DNA of 64,000 nt, from assembly GCA_964572035.1 (NCBI GenBank), contig CAZNDX010000002.1, positions 63,007-127,006 on the forward strand, given 5' to 3'. The notes beneath the pieces were generated by a model, which saw nothing but the letters and a program-made list of their open reading frames with translations, made no database searches and was not told where the DNA came from. Positions 1-9,806 of the stretch are shown piece after piece. A program made the translations under genes and the position numbers. Source of the DNA: an uncultured Methanosarcinales archaeon. GTDB lineage: Archaea > Nanobdellota > Nanobdellia > Woesearchaeales > ARS49. Numbering within the stretch: the stretch's first letter is position 1; each line of letters begins with the position of its first letter.

Positions 1-851
1 TAACATCACCCGAACAAATGCACGCATTCCTGGCGCAGGAAGATACAATGATAAACGAAATGGTGCAAACAATAGTCAAATCAGGAGCCAATGTTGTATT
101 CTGCCAAAAAGGAATTGACGATTTGGCTCAACATTACCTGTCAAAAAATAACATATACGCGGCGAGACGCGTCAAGAAATCAGACATGGAAGCGCTAGCC
201 CGCGCGACGGGAGCACGCATAGTTTCCTCGCTTAAAGACTTGTCAGCCAAAGACCTGGGAACAGCAGGAGAAGTAGAGGAAAGAAAAGTAGGAAGCGACG
301 AATTAACATTCGTAATGGGCTGCAAAAATCCAAAAGCGGTAACAATACTCGTACGCGGCGGAACAGAACACGTCGTAGACGAAGCCAAACGCGCAATGAC
401 TGACGCAATCGGAGATGTTGCCGCTGCGCTAAAATCAGGAAAAGTGGTCGCAGGCGCAGGAGCTCCAGAAGTTGAAGTTGCAAGACAATTGCGAAAATAC
501 TCAGACTCACTTGAAGGAAGAGAGCAATTGGCAGTACTGGCTTTTGCCGACGCGCTGGAAGTAATACCTCGCACGCTCGCTGAAAACGCAGGACTTGACC
601 CAATAGACATGCTGGTTCAAATGAAAGCGGCGCACGATAAAAAACAAAAATGGGCAGGAATAGACGTCTTTAAGGCAAAAGTCGTAGACGCGTGGAACGC
701 AGGCGTACTTGAGCCACTGAAGATAAAGACACAGGCAATCTCAAGCGCCTCAGAAGTCGCCCAAATGATACTGCGAATAGACGACGTCATCGCAGGCGGC
801 AAACAAAACACCCAGATGCCACCTCCTGGCGCAATGGGCGGCGAATACTAA
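1..851 (+). CDS. ths: Thermosome (group II chaperonin) subunit, C-terminal ~280 aa; the N-terminal part lies upstream of the window
   Basis: The reading frame is open from the window edge. The translation aligns along its length with archaeal thermosome ([67 protein letters not shown]) and ends in a short Gly/Met tail. Confidence 0.9.
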   Translation, partial: TSPEQMHAFLAQEDTMINEMVQTIVKSGANVVFCQKGIDDLAQHYLSKNNIYAARRVKKSDMEALARATGARIVSSLKDLSAKDLGTAGEVEERKVGSDELTFVMGCKNPKAVTILVRGGTEHVVDEAKRAMTDAIGDVAAALKSGKVVAGAGAPEVEVARQLRKYSDSLEGREQLAVLAFADALEVIPRTLAENAGLDPIDMLVQMKAAHDKKQKWAGIDVFKAKVVDAWNAGVLEPLKIKTQAISSASEVAQMILRIDDVIAGGKQNTQMPPPGAMGGEY

Positions 852-926
852 GTTTTTCATTTTCTTTTCACATTCTTCTCGAAATATTTATATATCAACC
901 TCGCCGTTAGAGTATATACAAAGAGG

Positions 927-1460
927 GTGATATATATGCCAGAAGAGATTCCTGCACAGGAAGAAGAATACGAACTACTTCCCCATCGCGAAATAGAAGA
1001 CCTAAAAGAAGAACTATCAAAACTCAAAGAGTTTGAAGTCGCGCCAAGCAAGAAACTACAAGTCTCACTCTTGGAAGTCAACGCAAAACTAGACAAGCTC
1101 ATCACAATATTTGAAGACGCGTCACACGAAATGCGCGTAGAAGAAGGCGGATTATCCTTTACTGATAAAATGAGACCGCTTCTTGAAAAAATGAACAAAA
1201 TTCTTGAACAAAACAGCGAAATCGCAAGCGGGATATTGGCGCTTGCAGATATGGTAAAAGATAAAGGACGAACGGAAGGCGGATTCGAAACATACAGCTC
1301 ACCTCCGTCGCCCTCTGGATTCAACGTTCCACCAAAAATGGAACAGCCAAACGCACAACCAGTAAACGCGATGGGCGCGCAAGCAGGACCAATGCCTCCA
1401 GGAGTTCCTCCGGGGATGCCATTGCCACCGCTACCAAAACGAAGAACCTTTGGACTATGA
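927..1460 (+). CDS. Hypothetical coiled-coil protein with Pro-rich C-terminus
   Basis: 177-aa ORF. The N-terminal part is acidic with heptad-like spacing. The C-terminus reads PPGVPPGMPLPPLP. No recognisable catalytic motif. Confidence 0.45.
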   Translation: MIYMPEEIPAQEEEYELLPHREIEDLKEELSKLKEFEVAPSKKLQVSLLEVNAKLDKLITIFEDASHEMRVEEGGLSFTDKMRPLLEKMNKILEQNSEIASGILALADMVKDKGRTEGGFETYSSPPSPSGFNVPPKMEQPNAQPVNAMGAQAGPMPPGVPPGMPLPPLPKRRTFGL

Positions 1461-1996
1461 GTTTGCCTTTAGATATTGGCGATGAATTAGTAGACCGCGG
1501 AAAAAGCGCTCTGTTTTTAACATATTTAGCAAAATCTGCGCAAAAGCAGGCGGAGAGAGAAATATCCCGAAAGAAAGTGCAGATAACTCTTCAGCAGCTT
1601 CGCAAATTATCAACCAAAAACTTGCACAAACATCTCGATGAGTTGGAAATTCACCTTCGCGAAGCGATAGCGCGAGAAAAAGCAATACAATCAACACAAA
1701 AAGGCGAAGACTCGCTTCATCATGACTTGAAAGGAAGAATAGTAAACCTCGAGAAGAAACTCGGCAAATACCTTGAAACACAAAAACAAAGACAGGAAAG
1801 AATAGACCAAATAGAGCACAAAGTCAAAAGCCACTTCCAAACGAAAAAAGAAAGAATTAACGAGCTCAAAAAACACTACTTTAATCTTCAAAAACTCCTA
1901 AAGAAAGCCAAAAAGGAAAAGCACGACAAAAGAAAAATAGGCACAATAGAAAGAAGAATAGGACTTCTCAAGGCAAGATTAATCGCGTTAAAATAA
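1457..1996 (+). CDS. Hypothetical basic coiled-coil protein
   Basis: 179-aa ORF, Lys/Arg/Glu-rich throughout with heptad-like spacing. Its start overlaps the upstream gene by 4 nt, which suggests an operon. Confidence 0.45.
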   Translation: MSLPLDIGDELVDRGKSALFLTYLAKSAQKQAEREISRKKVQITLQQLRKLSTKNLHKHLDELEIHLREAIAREKAIQSTQKGEDSLHHDLKGRIVNLEKKLGKYLETQKQRQERIDQIEHKVKSHFQTKKERINELKKHYFNLQKLLKKAKKEKHDKRKIGTIERRIGLLKARLIALK

Positions 1997-3697
1997 TTAT
2001 TTATGGGCAAACCAAAAAGTCAACTTATCTTTTTCCTTGCTGTCAAGACGGCAGAAACCAAAGCGCTCAAACTGAACAATATCTCCAACTTTAAGTTTCT
2101 TTAATCCGGATTCGCCAAGGCCGACTTTCAGCTTTTTGTCAGGCATCAAAACTTCAACACTGACGTTTTTCGCGTCAACAGGAAGCCAAGTAAAAGTCGC
2201 ATCGCCAACATTACGGAATTTCTCGTACTCAACGCTGTCAAACTCGTAGCCCTTCCCGTCCTTCTTGAAATTAAGACAATCCTTCAAGCGGAACAACTTT
2301 TTAGCTTTGATATCAGATAGATCGGACTTTGAAACCCAAAACTTATCGCCTGTCTCGAATTCACGATTTCCACGTTTTTTATTTTCAGGATGAAGAGGAA
2401 TCTCAATTGTTTGTTTCGGAGCTCCATTAACTTTAATCTCAACAGGTGTTTCAACAAAGAAATAACGATTCGCAATAGGGTCAATGATTTCCCTATTATG
2501 CGCTTCCAAAGTTTTGAAAAAATCATCAGCGGGAACATTCTTGTCATTCATACCAAGACCGATATCAACCGCGAATTTTTGGAATGCGCCAGGCTGGAAA
2601 CCACGGCGTCGCATGGCTCCCAAAAATGGAAGACGAATATCGTCCCAATCATCATACTCGCCGCGTTCAATTTGCGCCTTAACTTTGGTTTTTGAAATCT
2701 CAAGGCCTTCCAGATTAATCCTGCCAGTGTAAAGATGAGTCGGTTCCTTCCAGCCAAACGCGTCATAAATACACTTTTGACGCTTCGCGTTATCCATATG
2801 GTCCTTTCCTCTAATGGTATGAGTAACTCCAGTTTCGTGGTCATCAATTGCAACGGCAAAATTCATCAAAGGCCAAACTTTATACTTGGTATTCTGTCTT
2901 GGGTGGACGCTGTCGTTAATTCTAAAAGCCGGCCAGTCGCGCATGGCGGGGTTAGGGTCTTTAATGTCCGTTTTAATTCTAACAACAGCTTCTCCGGGCT
3001 TAAAATCAAGAAACATCCTGTCCCATCTGGTATGGTGCTCTTTTTTTGGAAGGTCACGGCAGGGGCACGGCTTCATTTTCAGCGAGAAGGCGCGAAACTC
3101 ATCACCTGTGCAAGTGCAAACATAAGCCTTATCCATCTCGATTAATTTTTCCATCGCGTCATAATATTTGTCAAGACGATCGGACTGAACGATCACTTTG
3201 TCGATCCCATCATCAGTAAACCACTTCGTATCATTCTCGATCATTTTGTAAGCCGGCTCGTAAATATTCTCAGAATTCGTATCCTCGATTCTTAAGAAAA
3301 GCTTTCCATCATATTCTTTACAGTACAAACCGCTCAAGGAAAACACAACGGCGTGAGCAATGTGAAGCGGACCGCTGGGACTTGGAGCAAGACGCATCAC
3401 AATTTTTCCTTTTGTCGCGTTTGGCAACGGCTTAAGTTTCTTTTCTTCGACCTTCTTTTCCTCAAGCAAATGAGGGGCCGTCTTCTGAAGCTCGGCAACC
3501 TGTTTCTCAACAGTCAACAACTTAACTTCCTCACAAATCTCTTTTATGAGCGGAGTCAATTCTTTCAACTGGGATTTAACTTCAGGACGCTCGCCGATTA
3601 ATTTGGCTATAACAGAACCCATATTAGGAACGCCATTGTATTTTCTCGCGTTATCAAGCGCAAAGATACGAACACTTTTCGCTATTTCCTTATCCAT
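1997..3697 (-). CDS. gltX: Glutamyl-tRNA synthetase, archaeal/eukaryotic type
   Basis: 566 aa. Class I HIGH motif (PSPSGPLHIAHA) and a KMSKS-like LEISKTK. Overall architecture matches archaeal GluRS. Confidence 0.85.
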   Translation of the reverse strand: MDKEIAKSVRIFALDNARKYNGVPNMGSVIAKLIGERPEVKSQLKELTPLIKEICEEVKLLTVEKQVAELQKTAPHLLEEKKVEEKKLKPLPNATKGKIVMRLAPSPSGPLHIAHAVVFSLSGLYCKEYDGKLFLRIEDTNSENIYEPAYKMIENDTKWFTDDGIDKVIVQSDRLDKYYDAMEKLIEMDKAYVCTCTGDEFRAFSLKMKPCPCRDLPKKEHHTRWDRMFLDFKPGEAVVRIKTDIKDPNPAMRDWPAFRINDSVHPRQNTKYKVWPLMNFAVAIDDHETGVTHTIRGKDHMDNAKRQKCIYDAFGWKEPTHLYTGRINLEGLEISKTKVKAQIERGEYDDWDDIRLPFLGAMRRRGFQPGAFQKFAVDIGLGMNDKNVPADDFFKTLEAHNREIIDPIANRYFFVETPVEIKVNGAPKQTIEIPLHPENKKRGNREFETGDKFWVSKSDLSDIKAKKLFRLKDCLNFKKDGKGYEFDSVEYEKFRNVGDATFTWLPVDAKNVSVEVLMPDKKLKVGLGESGLKKLKVGDIVQFERFGFCRLDSKEKDKLTFWFAHK

Positions 3698-3770
3698 AGT
3701 TCAAATCTATTTACGGCAGTATTTAAAGATATTCACAACACTTAAATATTAAAACACTCGAGCAAGAAAC

Positions 3771-4121
3771 ATGAAAGCGGCGATATTAACAGCGGCAATA
3801 TCCTTATTGTTTCTAGCGGCGTGCACAGCGACATCATCAGGACCTGGAGACGCGTTCGCAAAATGTTTAACAGAAAACGGCGCTAAAATGTACGGAGCGT
3901 TCTGGTGCCCACACTGCACAGACCAAAAAGAAGCGTTTGGAAGCAGCTGGGAACACATATCATACATAGAATGCAGCAAGCCAGACAAAACACAAACAGA
4001 ATTCTGCTCGCAAGCCGGAATCGCGTCATACCCAACGTGGGAATTTGCGGACGGAAACAGAGAAGTAGGAAAACTAGAATTTTCCGTTCTTGCCGAAAAA
4101 ACAGGATGCACATTTGAGTGA
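3771..4121 (+). CDS. Secreted thioredoxin-like lipoprotein (CxxC = WCPHC)
   Basis: Signal peptide with lipobox LLFLAAC, followed by a thioredoxin-fold active site WCPHC. Confidence 0.7.
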   Translation: MKAAILTAAISLLFLAACTATSSGPGDAFAKCLTENGAKMYGAFWCPHCTDQKEAFGSSWEHISYIECSKPDKTQTEFCSQAGIASYPTWEFADGNREVGKLEFSVLAEKTGCTFE

Positions 4122-5275
4122 GAAAAATGACTGACGAGCAAAATTCAGAAACTCACCAAAAAACCCACGCTCATAACAAAACCGCCCATCACGACCACAA
4201 CGCGAAACAACCATCAAGCGCGATACTTCCATTGACTATAGTATTCTTAATCGTTCTCGCAGCAGGAACCTGGCTAATTTACGGAATACAGCCAGCAAAA
4301 CAGGCTGAAACGGCGGAACTTAATTTGATAATAGTGGGAGCGGACTGTGCCGACTGTTATGACATAGAACCAGCAATACAACTCCTGCAAGTTGATTACA
4401 CAATAAAAGAAATTGAAAACGTCACAATGGATAAAGCGGATGAATACATAACAAAATACGGCCTGACAAGACTCCCCGCAATAATATTTACAGGAGACAT
4501 AAGCTCTCTCGATTTGCCGGAGCTTGAAGAAAAAGACGGAGCCAAAATATTCACAAAAATACCTGCCCCATACTATGACGTCGCCAAAAAAGGAATAGTA
4601 GGATACGTAACAATCACAAGAATAATTGATTCAGCCTGCACTGAATGCTTCAACATAAGCCTAATAGAAGACCAAATGACGACCGCGGGAATAATCGTCA
4701 AAAACCGCGAAACAATCGAAGCAAGCAGCGAAAAAGGAAAACAACTCATTGAAAAATACAACATAGAAAACATTCCAACCATGCTATTCAACGAAGAACT
4801 TTTAGCTTACGAACAAATACAACAAGTCTGGAACGACTTCGGAACTCAGGAAGAAGACGGAACATTGGTTCTTCGAACACTAAACCCTCCATACAAAAAT
4901 GTTGAGACGGGAAAACTTGAAGGCGCGGTAACAATGACTTACATCGTTGACAAAACCTGCACAAACTGCTTTGAAACAACCGCGTACAACAAGCTACTAA
5001 AGGACAGTTTCAGCCTTTATGTAAAAGAAGAAAAAATGGTTGACGCCTCAACAACAGAAGGAAAGAACCTAATCAAAAAATACAACATAACAATGATTCC
5101 AACAGTAATACTATCACAAGACGCTTCAGCATACCCGACACTCTCAACAGCGTGGGCGCAGGTAGGAACCTCTGAGGCCGATGGAACGTATGTATTTAGA
5201 CAAATCGGACAACTTGAAAGCTACTTGAAATCAATTGGCGAAGAACTGGTCTATAAGAACGTAACCGCGCAATAA
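4118..5275 (+). CDS. Membrane-anchored protein with three tandem thioredoxin-like modules (CADC, CTEC, CTNC)
   Basis: His-rich N-terminal tail (HQKTHAHNKTAHHDHNAK), then one TM helix. Three ~100-aa repeats follow, each with CxxC and a downstream cis-Pro-like IP(T/A) motif (DCADCYD...LPAI; ACTECFN...IPTM; TCTNCFE...IPTV). Confidence 0.6.
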   Translation: MRKMTDEQNSETHQKTHAHNKTAHHDHNAKQPSSAILPLTIVFLIVLAAGTWLIYGIQPAKQAETAELNLIIVGADCADCYDIEPAIQLLQVDYTIKEIENVTMDKADEYITKYGLTRLPAIIFTGDISSLDLPELEEKDGAKIFTKIPAPYYDVAKKGIVGYVTITRIIDSACTECFNISLIEDQMTTAGIIVKNRETIEASSEKGKQLIEKYNIENIPTMLFNEELLAYEQIQQVWNDFGTQEEDGTLVLRTLNPPYKNVETGKLEGAVTMTYIVDKTCTNCFETTAYNKLLKDSFSLYVKEEKMVDASTTEGKNLIKKYNITMIPTVILSQDASAYPTLSTAWAQVGTSEADGTYVFRQIGQLESYLKSIGEELVYKNVTAQ

Positions 5276-5320
5276 GTTATTAATTTTTTATTCAAATGTT
5301 ATTAATAAGAAAATAAACTG

Positions 5321-5476
5321 TTAATCAAATTCTCTAAGCAAGTCATCAGCCGCCTGAGTAATGTCTTCCATGACAGCAGGCTTGCCGCAGTAAGGGCACA
5401 TATTTGGCTTCTGAACTCTAGTGAATTTCCAATTGCAACTGCCACATTTAAACTTGAGTTTCATGCTTTTTTTCAT
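5321..5476 (-). CDS. Small zinc-ribbon protein (51 aa, CxxC...CxxC); not in the ORF track
   Basis: Manual translation of the minus strand gives MKKSMKLKFKCGSCNWKFTRVQKPNMCPYCGKPAVMEDITQAADDLLREFD. It contains two CxxC pairs. Confidence 0.5.
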   Translation of the reverse strand: MKKSMKLKFKCGSCNWKFTRVQKPNMCPYCGKPAVMEDITQAADDLLREFD

Positions 5477-5542
5477 CACGTCCTAATTTATAAGCTTTTT
5501 GCGTTCATAACCTATTTAAATAACCAGATATAGCGAAGAAGA

Positions 5543-5875
5543 ATGAAATTTTGGATAGCATTGATAATCGTGGGAGGAGTCGTTCTCGCGCTATCATTAT
5601 TCTCAACAAGCGCTGAAGCCTGCACCGCGATAGAACACGGCAAAGGTGAAACTAAGGTAGTAATGGTTTCGCAACCCGGATGCAAATACTGCGAACAACA
5701 ATGGGAAATATTATCCGGAATTGAGAACGAACTGCCATACAAAATAGAGGAAATAGATATAAACTGCGCGCAGGCAAAAACAGGCAAATTTGTTCAAGGA
5801 ACTCCCGCTTTCATAATCGGAGACAAGGTTGAATACGGCGTCAAAAGCGCTGAAGAACTCAAGGCTCTAGCATGA
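5543..5875 (+). CDS. Secreted thioredoxin/glutaredoxin-like protein (CxxC = CKYC)
   Basis: N-terminal signal/TM segment, then QPGCKYCEQQW followed by a Trx-fold-like C-terminal half (GTPAFIIGD). Confidence 0.6.
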   Translation: MKFWIALIIVGGVVLALSLFSTSAEACTAIEHGKGETKVVMVSQPGCKYCEQQWEILSGIENELPYKIEEIDINCAQAKTGKFVQGTPAFIIGDKVEYGVKSAEELKALA

Positions 5876-6081
5876 AATTAACATTCTTCCTGGCAATATT
5901 CGCAATAGGCGTTTTGGCCGGATTCACATTCGCTAATATGAATTCGCCAACAGGCGCGGCGACAGCAAATTGCTTTGTTGACAACGAGCCATGCCTTTGT
6001 GAAGGGGGAATTTGCCAATGCGGAAACACAACAATTCCTGCGACATATTGCCGTACAGAAAACTTAAATAAGGACAAATAA
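5872..6081 (+). CDS. Small secreted Cys-rich peptide
   Basis: 69 aa with a signal peptide and 7 Cys in the mature part (CFVDNEPCLCEGGICQCGNTTIPATYC). Start overlaps the upstream stop by 4 nt. Confidence 0.4.
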   Translation: MKLTFFLAIFAIGVLAGFTFANMNSPTGAATANCFVDNEPCLCEGGICQCGNTTIPATYCRTENLNKDK

Positions 6082-6095
6082 CGATTGGAAGAAAG

Positions 6096-6272
6096 ATGAA
6101 AACAGAATACATATTCTACACCGTAGGCGTTATATTTATGATAGCGGCAGTTTTGTACTTCACATGGGAATACTTATTCCAAATGAGCCGAATCTTCAAA
6201 ATAGTCGCTTTACTCCTGCTAACAGGGTTCTTTTACTTCCTAGCAAACTACCTAAAGGAGCGTGACTGGTAA
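6096..6272 (+). CDS. Small two-TM membrane protein (58 aa); not in the ORF track
   Basis: Manual translation gives MKTEYIFYTVGVIFMIAAVLYFTWEYLFQMSRIFKIVALLLLTGFFYFLANYLKERDW. Its stop overlaps the start of the next gene (TAATG). Confidence 0.4.
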   Translation: MKTEYIFYTVGVIFMIAAVLYFTWEYLFQMSRIFKIVALLLLTGFFYFLANYLKERDW

Positions 6273-7114
6273 TGTACGCGAGCTGGGCGCCGGTAGTGTT
6301 TTGGGTCTTACTTGTTCCATTGTTAATAGTAATGCTAATCGTGTACTTACGAAGCAAAAGATTCTACAGACTAATCTACATCACATCCGTGTTCACATAC
6401 GCGATGACCATAATGTACTGGATAGACGCATTCAAACTAGGAAGAAACGCAATTGTGGGATTGCTTGTCGCGTCATCACTGGTTATGATATTCGTTGGCT
6501 GGAGACTGCACAAGTCAACAGACAAGAAAAAGAAAAAACCAACAGGACACGGCGGGACACTCGCGATAATAAGCCTAGTACTGATTGGAATTTTAGTTGG
6601 GTTATCAGCAGTTCCATACGGATGGACAGTCCAAACAACAACAGTTCCATCATTAAAATTAGACCAAGTAGTAACTGTCTACAAAGAAGGGCAAGTAGAA
6701 TACAGCAAACCGCCGGTGCCAATATACACAATAACAGTAACCAATACATTCATACCAAGACAATACGAACTGCCAAACGCGCAAGCGTGCTTGTACAACA
6801 CAGAAAAAGGAGCGGGACAATGGATAGGAGTATCATGGGACTACGACGCGATGCGCTCGGAATTCGGGCCTGAACTAAACACCCTAGAAGTATACCGAGG
6901 AAGCAAAACAGCAACATTAAACGCCAACAGCCAGCCATACTACGAAACAAGACCGGTAAAGGCGCCAGCTCCAGTTGACGTAACTCAGGAAACACCGGAA
7001 TACGACAAGTTATTGCTTTTCATAAGCCCACAAATGACTTATGAATACGTAGAATGCACCGCGTTAAAGCCAACCGATTTCTCAAGAGCGATAACGATAC
7101 CAATAGTGGATTAA
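6272..7114 (+). CDS. Membrane protein: three N-terminal TM helices plus an extracytoplasmic domain
   Basis: 280 aa with hydrophobic N-terminal helices and a Thr/Pro-containing C-terminal domain. No recognisable motif. Confidence 0.5.
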   Translation: MYASWAPVVFWVLLVPLLIVMLIVYLRSKRFYRLIYITSVFTYAMTIMYWIDAFKLGRNAIVGLLVASSLVMIFVGWRLHKSTDKKKKKPTGHGGTLAIISLVLIGILVGLSAVPYGWTVQTTTVPSLKLDQVVTVYKEGQVEYSKPPVPIYTITVTNTFIPRQYELPNAQACLYNTEKGAGQWIGVSWDYDAMRSEFGPELNTLEVYRGSKTATLNANSQPYYETRPVKAPAPVDVTQETPEYDKLLLFISPQMTYEYVECTALKPTDFSRAITIPIVD

Positions 7115-7118
7115 TTCT

Positions 7119-7724
7119 TTAATCTCTTAATACAATTCTGGCGTCAACAGCCACAACGCTCTTATCGTTTGCGAACAAAGGATTAACGTCAAGCTCTTCA
7201 AGACCTTCGACCTTTTTTGGAAGATGCGACAAAGAAACCATAGCGCCGACAAGCGCCTTTCTATTCACAGGCTTCATTCCACGAATGCCCTCCAACAATT
7301 TCCTGCCCTTAAGCTCATCAAGCATCTGCTCAGCATCATTTTTTGAAATCGGGCAAACTCTAAACGAGATATCCTTGTACACTTCAACAAAAATGCCGCC
7401 AACACCTGCCAAAAGAACGTGGCCAAAAGAAGGATCATTCTTAATACCCAAAAACAACTCAACACCATCGCACTTCTCCTGAACAAGAACCTTGCCTTTT
7501 TTCAAAAAAGAATTGGCAGTTTCCTGAAGCTCGGCAGGGTCATGAACAACTTTAACACCACCTTCCTCAGTTTTATGAACAACTTTCGGCGAGACTAACT
7601 TTAGAACGCAAGGAAAACCAAACTTTTTCTGCGCGCGCTCAACCTTTTGCAGAGAATCGGCGAGCTCAAACTTCGCAATAGGAATATTAAGCCTGTTTAG
7701 CGCGTCGTTCAAAGAAAGCATCAT
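7119..7724 (-). CDS. Acetyl-CoA synthetase (ADP-forming) beta subunit, ATP-grasp domain
   Basis: 201 aa. ATP-grasp-like segments (FPCVLKLVSPKVVHKTEEGGVKV, LVQEK, DVNPL) match the beta subunit of NDP-forming acyl-CoA synthetases. Confidence 0.65.
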   Translation of the reverse strand: MMLSLNDALNRLNIPIAKFELADSLQKVERAQKKFGFPCVLKLVSPKVVHKTEEGGVKVVHDPAELQETANSFLKKGKVLVQEKCDGVELFLGIKNDPSFGHVLLAGVGGIFVEVYKDISFRVCPISKNDAEQMLDELKGRKLLEGIRGMKPVNRKALVGAMVSLSHLPKKVEGLEELDVNPLFANDKSVVAVDARIVLRD

Positions 7725-9112
7725 TTTCCATCACCCGGAACGAAACGAAGAGTGAAAAGACCAACAGCGAAAAACACAATCAAAGAAAGCATCGCCCAGC
7801 CATAACTAACGAAACTCGCCAAAGCGCCAAAAACAATAGGTCCAAGAACGCCGCTGAACTTGTTCGTAAGCTCAAGGTAACCAAAAAACTGTCCAACAGT
7901 GCTCTTTGAAACCATCTCGACAAGCTTAGGACGCTGAGCGGTAGTCCACATACCTAGGAAGGCTCCGCCCAACGTTCCAGCAACAACGAACATTTCAACA
8001 TTCTTCACAAAATAAAGCATCAAAATAACGCCAATCCAACCAAAACCAGCCCAAACAAGAACACGCTTCGCGCCAAACCTGTCAGTCAACTTGCCGGAGA
8101 CAAAACTACCCACAACCGCACCAAACGACTGGATAACATAGACGATAAAAAACATCTGAACCGTAAGGGAAATTTCTTCTCTCGCGAACAAAAACAAGAA
8201 CAAAATTACCGCGTTAATCGCGTTCGCGAAACAAAACATCGCGATAAGGAAATAAAAGAATTTTTTTGGCATTATTTTGTTTCCTACCTTGTTGACAACT
8301 TTTTTGAAGAGTGGGCTAACAATTTTAATTGCAATTAATACGCATAAAATATTTATCGACCATTCAACATATTTGTTTACGTCTGTGAATTGAACTATGA
8401 TTTTTTCTAATATTGTTGCTAATAAAACTGAAATTATTGAAATTAAAAGTATCAGTGAGAATGAAAAAATAATAAAGTACAGAAATGGTTTCATTTTGTA
8501 ATATGCTTCTTTTAAGGCAGTATGTGTGGATGTTTTGTTGGCTTTTTCTTTAACTCCAAAGAAAAGAAACAGGGAGAACACAAAAAAGAGAACTGCGGTA
8601 ATTGTGAAAACAGCTTTAGCTCCCGCTTCGGTTTCCCAGCCAAGTTGCGAAAGAAACATCGCCGCGACACCAAGCCCGATAAGAGTGCCCAGATAGCCCA
8701 TCGCCGTGCCAATTCCTGAGACATTGCCAAGCTCATTAGGCTTCGCGATTTTGGGAAGCAACGCGTTGTAAGTTGTAAGCGCGGCGTGATAAGCGTAATT
8801 CGCCAAACCGCCAAACCACAAAGCGGCGTACAAAGGAACCAAACCAACAGCGTAAGTGAGAGCGCAGCAAATAACAGTGAAAATCAGAATAAACGGCATA
8901 CGCCTGCCGACGTGGTCGGACCACGCTCCAATAAAAGGAACAGTTAGGCCAACAGCAAGCATGCTTAGGCCAAACACCAAACCAATCTGAAACTCAGTGC
9001 CACCCAAAAATTGCTTCACGAAAAACGGAAAGAAAAAAGTCACGAAAAGAGCGGAAAAAATAGTATTCGCAAGGTCATACATTCCCCAAGAGAACACCTC
9101 TTTAACGTTCAT
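7721..9112 (-). CDS. MFS transporter with an AT-rich central insertion
   Basis: 463 aa with ~12 predicted TM segments and MFS-like loop motifs (GAWSDHVGRR, GKLTDRFGAKR). A central ~100-aa very AT-rich segment (~8270-8510) interrupts the two 6-TM halves. Confidence 0.7.
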   Translation of the reverse strand: MNVKEVFSWGMYDLANTIFSALFVTFFFPFFVKQFLGGTEFQIGLVFGLSMLAVGLTVPFIGAWSDHVGRRMPFILIFTVICCALTYAVGLVPLYAALWFGGLANYAYHAALTTYNALLPKIAKPNELGNVSGIGTAMGYLGTLIGLGVAAMFLSQLGWETEAGAKAVFTITAVLFFVFSLFLFFGVKEKANKTSTHTALKEAYYKMKPFLYFIIFSFSLILLISIISVLLATILEKIIVQFTDVNKYVEWSINILCVLIAIKIVSPLFKKVVNKVGNKIMPKKFFYFLIAMFCFANAINAVILFLFLFAREEISLTVQMFFIVYVIQSFGAVVGSFVSGKLTDRFGAKRVLVWAGFGWIGVILMLYFVKNVEMFVVAGTLGGAFLGMWTTAQRPKLVEMVSKSTVGQFFGYLELTNKFSGVLGPIVFGALASFVSYGWAMLSLIVFFAVGLFTLRFVPGDGK

Positions 9113-9158
9113 AACAGCTTATAAATGAAATCTGTTTAAAAGATTACCTAAAAATCAC

Positions 9159-9761
9159 TTATTTTTCCAGCCTGCTCCAGTCGAAAGAAAAGTTACCTTC
9201 ATCAACGCAAGTAACCTGCATATCATTCACAAGAACCTGAACATTCTTGGTGCCAATAACTTCTTTTCCATTAAGAGTCATAGTTGACAAAATCCAACCC
9301 TTGAACAATCTCGCGCCAACATATGAAAAACGAATACTCTTCTTAACTTCAAGCTTGTAAGTGGAATTGTACTGACTGATTCCTTCCCAAGTGTATTGAT
9401 AACAAGGAGACGCCTCAACAACATCCTCCAACTGAGGAGTCAAAGAGTGAACTTCCCCCACAGTGTAATCTTTTGGAATCTCGGCAAACTCAGTTTGATT
9501 CGCCATTGATTCTGATTCATTTGTTTGAATTGGAACAATTTCACCGCCCATCTCAATTGATTCAATGATAACATCAGTTCTTGGCTCGACTGTTTCATTA
9601 ACCTCAAGAACAACACTTCCAGTGATTAACGACTCATTAGATTCAGAAACGTTAGATGAAGGGTTGTTCAAAAATGAACAGGCAGCCAGCAACACAAGCA
9701 AACACGCAAACCATCTCATAGCGGTTTTTGCCTTCAAGATATTTATAATCCTTTCCACCAA
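9159..9761 (-). CDS. Secreted lipoprotein, function unknown
   Basis: Signal peptide with lipobox LLVLLAAC. The mature domain is Ser/Thr/Glu-rich. Confidence 0.5.
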   Translation of the reverse strand: MVERIINILKAKTAMRWFACLLVLLAACSFLNNPSSNVSESNESLITGSVVLEVNETVEPRTDVIIESIEMGGEIVPIQTNESESMANQTEFAEIPKDYTVGEVHSLTPQLEDVVEASPCYQYTWEGISQYNSTYKLEVKKSIRFSYVGARLFKGWILSTMTLNGKEVIGTKNVQVLVNDMQVTCVDEGNFSFDWSRLEK

Positions 9762-9806
9762 ACGTTTTTAAAGCGCCACTCTATATATAAATCAAAAAAG
9801 AGGAAC

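Noticed and set aside
134-851. Multiple antisense ORFs (134-610, 232-603, 617-811) within the thermosome gene
   Set aside because: They lie wholly inside a high-confidence conserved gene on the opposite strand, and their composition is low-complexity (S/A/L/R-rich), typical of antisense frames.
8270-8510. AT-rich segment inside the MFS transporter gene as a possible inserted element or intein
   Set aside because: The reading frame stays open and the segment encodes hydrophobic TM-like sequence. No intein splice motifs or terminal repeats are present. It is most likely a lineage-specific loop/TM insertion.
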